A stretch of DNA of 63,837 nt, filler included, from Atractiella rhizophila (Eukaryota), in the NCBI GenBank assembly GCA_021432655.1. It is 4 parts of 4 records of this genome, joined end to end, with 100 filler letters (N's around TTAATTAATTAA, not from the genome) between each part and the next. Parts side by side here need not be neighbours in the genome. Positions count along the whole stretch, not along the records: positions 48,368 to 63,837 come from MU271931.1; 3 more parts are not named here. The stretch is one strand, 5' to 3'. Within the stretch, counting starts at the first letter, position 1. Each line of letters opens with the position of its first letter. This document shows, piece by piece, positions 60,566-63,837 of the stretch. The notes beneath the pieces are model-generated. The model saw nothing but the letters and a program-made list of their open reading frames with translations. It searched no databases and had not been told where the DNA came from. The position numbers and the translations under genes were made by a program.

Positions 60566-62370
60566 TCACCGTCTCCTCTCCGTTCCAGCCAACGGGCGGC
60601 CTGTCACCCTCCACCATTCCTATTCCCATCCCTGAATTAGTACCCGCCTAATACAGATGATCAAGAGGAAATAGACCTTCATACAACTATGTTTCTTGGT
60701 ATCGAAACTATACCTCGGATTGCAATTGCACTTCCCCCTGTCCAGCGCCTTCTTGGAGTTCGGACAGTGCATGTAGCTCGTATGCCGATATGCGATGTCA
60801 TCGAATTGGTGGAGCGAGGAGGAGGGGAGGAAGAGTGAAGCTGCGATGGAATGCACGGGTGCATCACCCCAGCGCTCGAAAAAGAAACCCCCCGCGCGAT
60901 CGAGGTGGTCGAAGAACTGAAGCATGGCCGTTCAGCAAAGAAGGGAGGAGACGGAGGACACGAACATCATTGTACGCTTTGCTACGCCAAAAACGGAGAT
61001 CCCCGATCTCAAAGTTCGACCAGAAGTGGCACACTGTAATGTGATGAATCTTCGCACATCGTAAATATGGAGAAGCACGCACGGTTGTAGCCTCCATCCA
61101 TGCCGTTCTCCTTCTCGTCGACAATGAAGTTGAGTGAGTTATCCTTGGCGATATGTTCAGGATGAAGCCTAGCGAACTAGCACATTCGGTCAATCACCCG
61201 CAGTTACAAACAATCCAGGACGCACCTCTTGCACCGTTGGCCAAAGAGTCTCGATAGTCTTCTCCCGTTCGTGTAGACTGATGGTGAAGGCATAAGACTT
61301 GTTGTTTACCTCCATCTACCACTGGTGGTCAGCCATCGGAAGGAAGAGATAGGGAAACAACTGACGAAATGGAAAGGATCGTAGTTGAGGTCGCAGTAAA
61401 ACTCCACATCCCTATTCCCAACACATGCTGTTGGCATTCGTAAGGTGGGTCCTCGAAGGAGAAAACGCACGGTTCGACTCTCCAGTAATAGTCGAATTGT
61501 TCCAAAATCTTCTGCTTATAGAAGAACCTATGTTACAAACCTCATCAGCCACACTCAGCAACAGAGATGAGTCGCACCCAGACTGAAAGCGGCACATGTG
61601 ATGGTAACTCTCCATGCCACCATACATCACGCCCTTCCTCTCCATCTCCTTCCTCTTCTCCCGCGCAACCTCCTCATCCACCCACTCCGGATAGCTCCAA
61701 TGCTCACGAGGGATGGTCTCGAAATAGCACTTCGACCGTGTCAGAGACTGCACTGCCTCTTTGAAGGCATCCGTGAAAGGCTCGTCGTTTAGGAAGACCC
61801 AAGGGTACTGGACAAAGTCAGCGGGGGGTCAGCAGAGGAGAGGAGACGCACGCCTGCTCTGCGATTGAAGTGGGACTCTACAGATCGGATAGAATCCTAC
61901 ATCACTGCCATCTCAGCTCCTTTGACGGTATGGTGAGAGGAACGGCAGCTTACTTTCATCCCACTCAGCTCGCTGTTCCTTACCAAGCTAACAAAAGCAG
62001 CATTGCTCTTCTTGTACTCGTTGTGCTCGCTGATATCCGGCGGATACCAGAGCCCCGTCTCCTCGTCTTTTCTGTACCCAGGCTCTTTCCATCCTTGATC
62101 CGGGAATAAGACTTTCTGTCTCTCCCGTTGAGCGTCTGAAATGCCACCAAAGAGTGCTGGGAAGAACGAGAAAAATCCAGAGTCGTCGTTCATCGAACTC
62201 ATGGGGAGCATGGAGGAGGAAGAAGCAGTGTAGGAGGAGATGCTGGTCAGGATGGACTTGGATTGCGAAGAAAAGGAGAAAGAGATAAGGATGGAAGAAA
62301 CGAGGAGGAGGAGGAGGAGGAGGAGGAGGTTGCGCCTCAGTGGAGCAGACGCCCCGCTGGTAGGAGGCAT
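60566..62370 (-). CDS. Alpha-1,2-mannosyltransferase, KRE2/MNT1/KTR family (GT15); multi-exon
   Basis: N-terminal TM; NAAFVSLVRNSEL; YPWVFLNDEPF; YGGMESYHHMCRFQSG; YYWRVEP; CHFWSNFEIGDL; GGFFFERWGDAPVHSIAA. Confidence 0.95.
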
Positions 62371-63837
62371 ATTATTCGAGTTGTAGCGTAGCGTAGCGAA
62401 GAGCGGAACTTGAGATGGATGAGCTTTATTGTAAATCGGTTCGAAGTGACGGCGGACGACCTTCTTAGATTGAACTGCGACACAACGCACGTTCGTGCGA
62501 GGAGTTTGAATCAAGATGAAAACGGCAACACTTCCAGCTGAAATAGCAACTGACAAAAGAGAGTGTGAAACAAAGTAGCGAGAGTGGACAACTTTTAAAA
62601 TGCTAATGGTCGTTCGGAGCTCGTCTTGTCGTCCTGCAGCAAATAGACTATGACTTTGAACATCTGGGCTCCCGTTTCAAAGGCCTGTCGGATAATCGGG
62701 ATGGGCGATCTTGAATACTAATGTCTAAAACTGTAAATGTAAGGAGTACGTAAGCTTGAAACCGGTGGAAATAATAGAACAGCATCAACACTGCGCTCGT
62801 AAATTGCCTCAGGACGTAAAGAGTGTAAATTCGTAGGGACGAGTCAACTTACTACGCGGAGGTAATGGAGGGAACGGAGCATCAATAGCCTTGAATAATG
62901 TGGCAACGAGAAATCGGAGTCAGTTTTTCATGCTCTGGATGGGCAACACATGTACAAGAGCATTGATGGGGAAGAAGAGGTTCAATAGATATCCCAATAC
63001 CAACGCCAAGCATCAAAATGAATGACCGTAGATGCGGCCAGCTAAGGCACTCGTCACAACTGAGAAGCACGAAGATCTTGTCGCTCAGGGTATATGTGCG
63101 CGCGAGGGCAACAGTGTTCATTTGCTTCTGCTGTACCCTCTCCTCTCGGGCCCTCGGGAGCGGGCACGGGTAATCACGAAATCTTGGGAAGAATGCTGGG
63201 TCAAGAGAAGGTAGAGAAGCCCATATGACCGCCTATAAAGAGAAACAAGAAACAGCCGACGAGACACTTGATACCCGAAGGCTTAACAGGTTCAACAAGT
63301 TTGAAATCGAACAGCTGGCAAAAGAGAGTTATGCGGAATAGCACCGAGAGGGTGCGCTCAATGACAACGCATCATGGATTGTGACGAAGCAAGAGGAAGA
63401 AAGGACGGACCTTCAGCGATTTTTCAGGCACCCTTTGGCACTCCAATGAGTGATTCGAGAGCATTCATCCCCTTGGGAGCACCGTAAGAAGGCCTGTTCG
63501 GCCTGTAATCTCGTCGCTCTCCTTCATTCTGGTTTCCATACTAATATGGATCACCTGAAAGTAGGGAAGGTCAGATATTTCAGATCGTCATACCATTGCT
63601 TAGTCCCCAGCAGTATGAGGAATCAAGCATATTCTTCAAGTCTTTTCAGAACCCGAGGTCTCAAACATGTCAAAGAGGTATAATCGATACCATTTAACTT
63701 GAAGTCGTGCTCGTCATCCGAATGCTACTTCCAGTGGTTGTCATATGCCATTTGAGAATGGTAGCTTGTAGAGCGAGATGGCCTCATTTCAAATGGAAAT
63801 AAAGAAATGCAAGTAAGACTAGCGAAACGATTGTCAA

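Overview
Eukaryotic, intron-rich fungal DNA with short (~45-70 nt) GT-AG introns and a TTAGGG telomere; the gene content looks basidiomycete (inference). The window is not one locus. It is four ~16 kb contigs (1-16090, 16191-32202, 32303-48267, 48368-end) joined by artificial N44-TTAATTAATTAA-N44 linkers. Contig 1 has a cluster of related secreted/surface proteins, a secreted DJ-1/PfpI gene and an exact 2641-bp tandem duplication inside a UIM-containing gene. Contig 2 has the MGM1 3' end, two Mug135-like pseudogenes (one split by a hAT-type MITE), an internally deleted Helitron carrying a full-length Ty1/Copia element, and a DUF6534-like membrane gene. Contig 3 has tricalbin (partial), SGT2, an O-fucosyltransferase-like gene, a mini-Helitron, a palindromic minisatellite, a solo LTR, a chromate transporter, an atypical kinase and a Gcn4/Cpc1-like bZIP. 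Contig 4 starts at a telomere, followed by tandem F-box/LRR ORFs, a FunK1 kinase, a TRAPPC12-like gene, a fungal MscL and a GT15 mannosyltransferase. The most striking observation is that two unrelated LTRs each carry a short GT...AG intron-like segment whose 3' end exactly duplicates the sequence just before the donor. In the Copia element one LTR has this segment and the other lacks it precisely, which suggests a way for LTR introns to survive reverse transcription (hypothesis). All family assignments come from motif recognition by eye, not from database searches.
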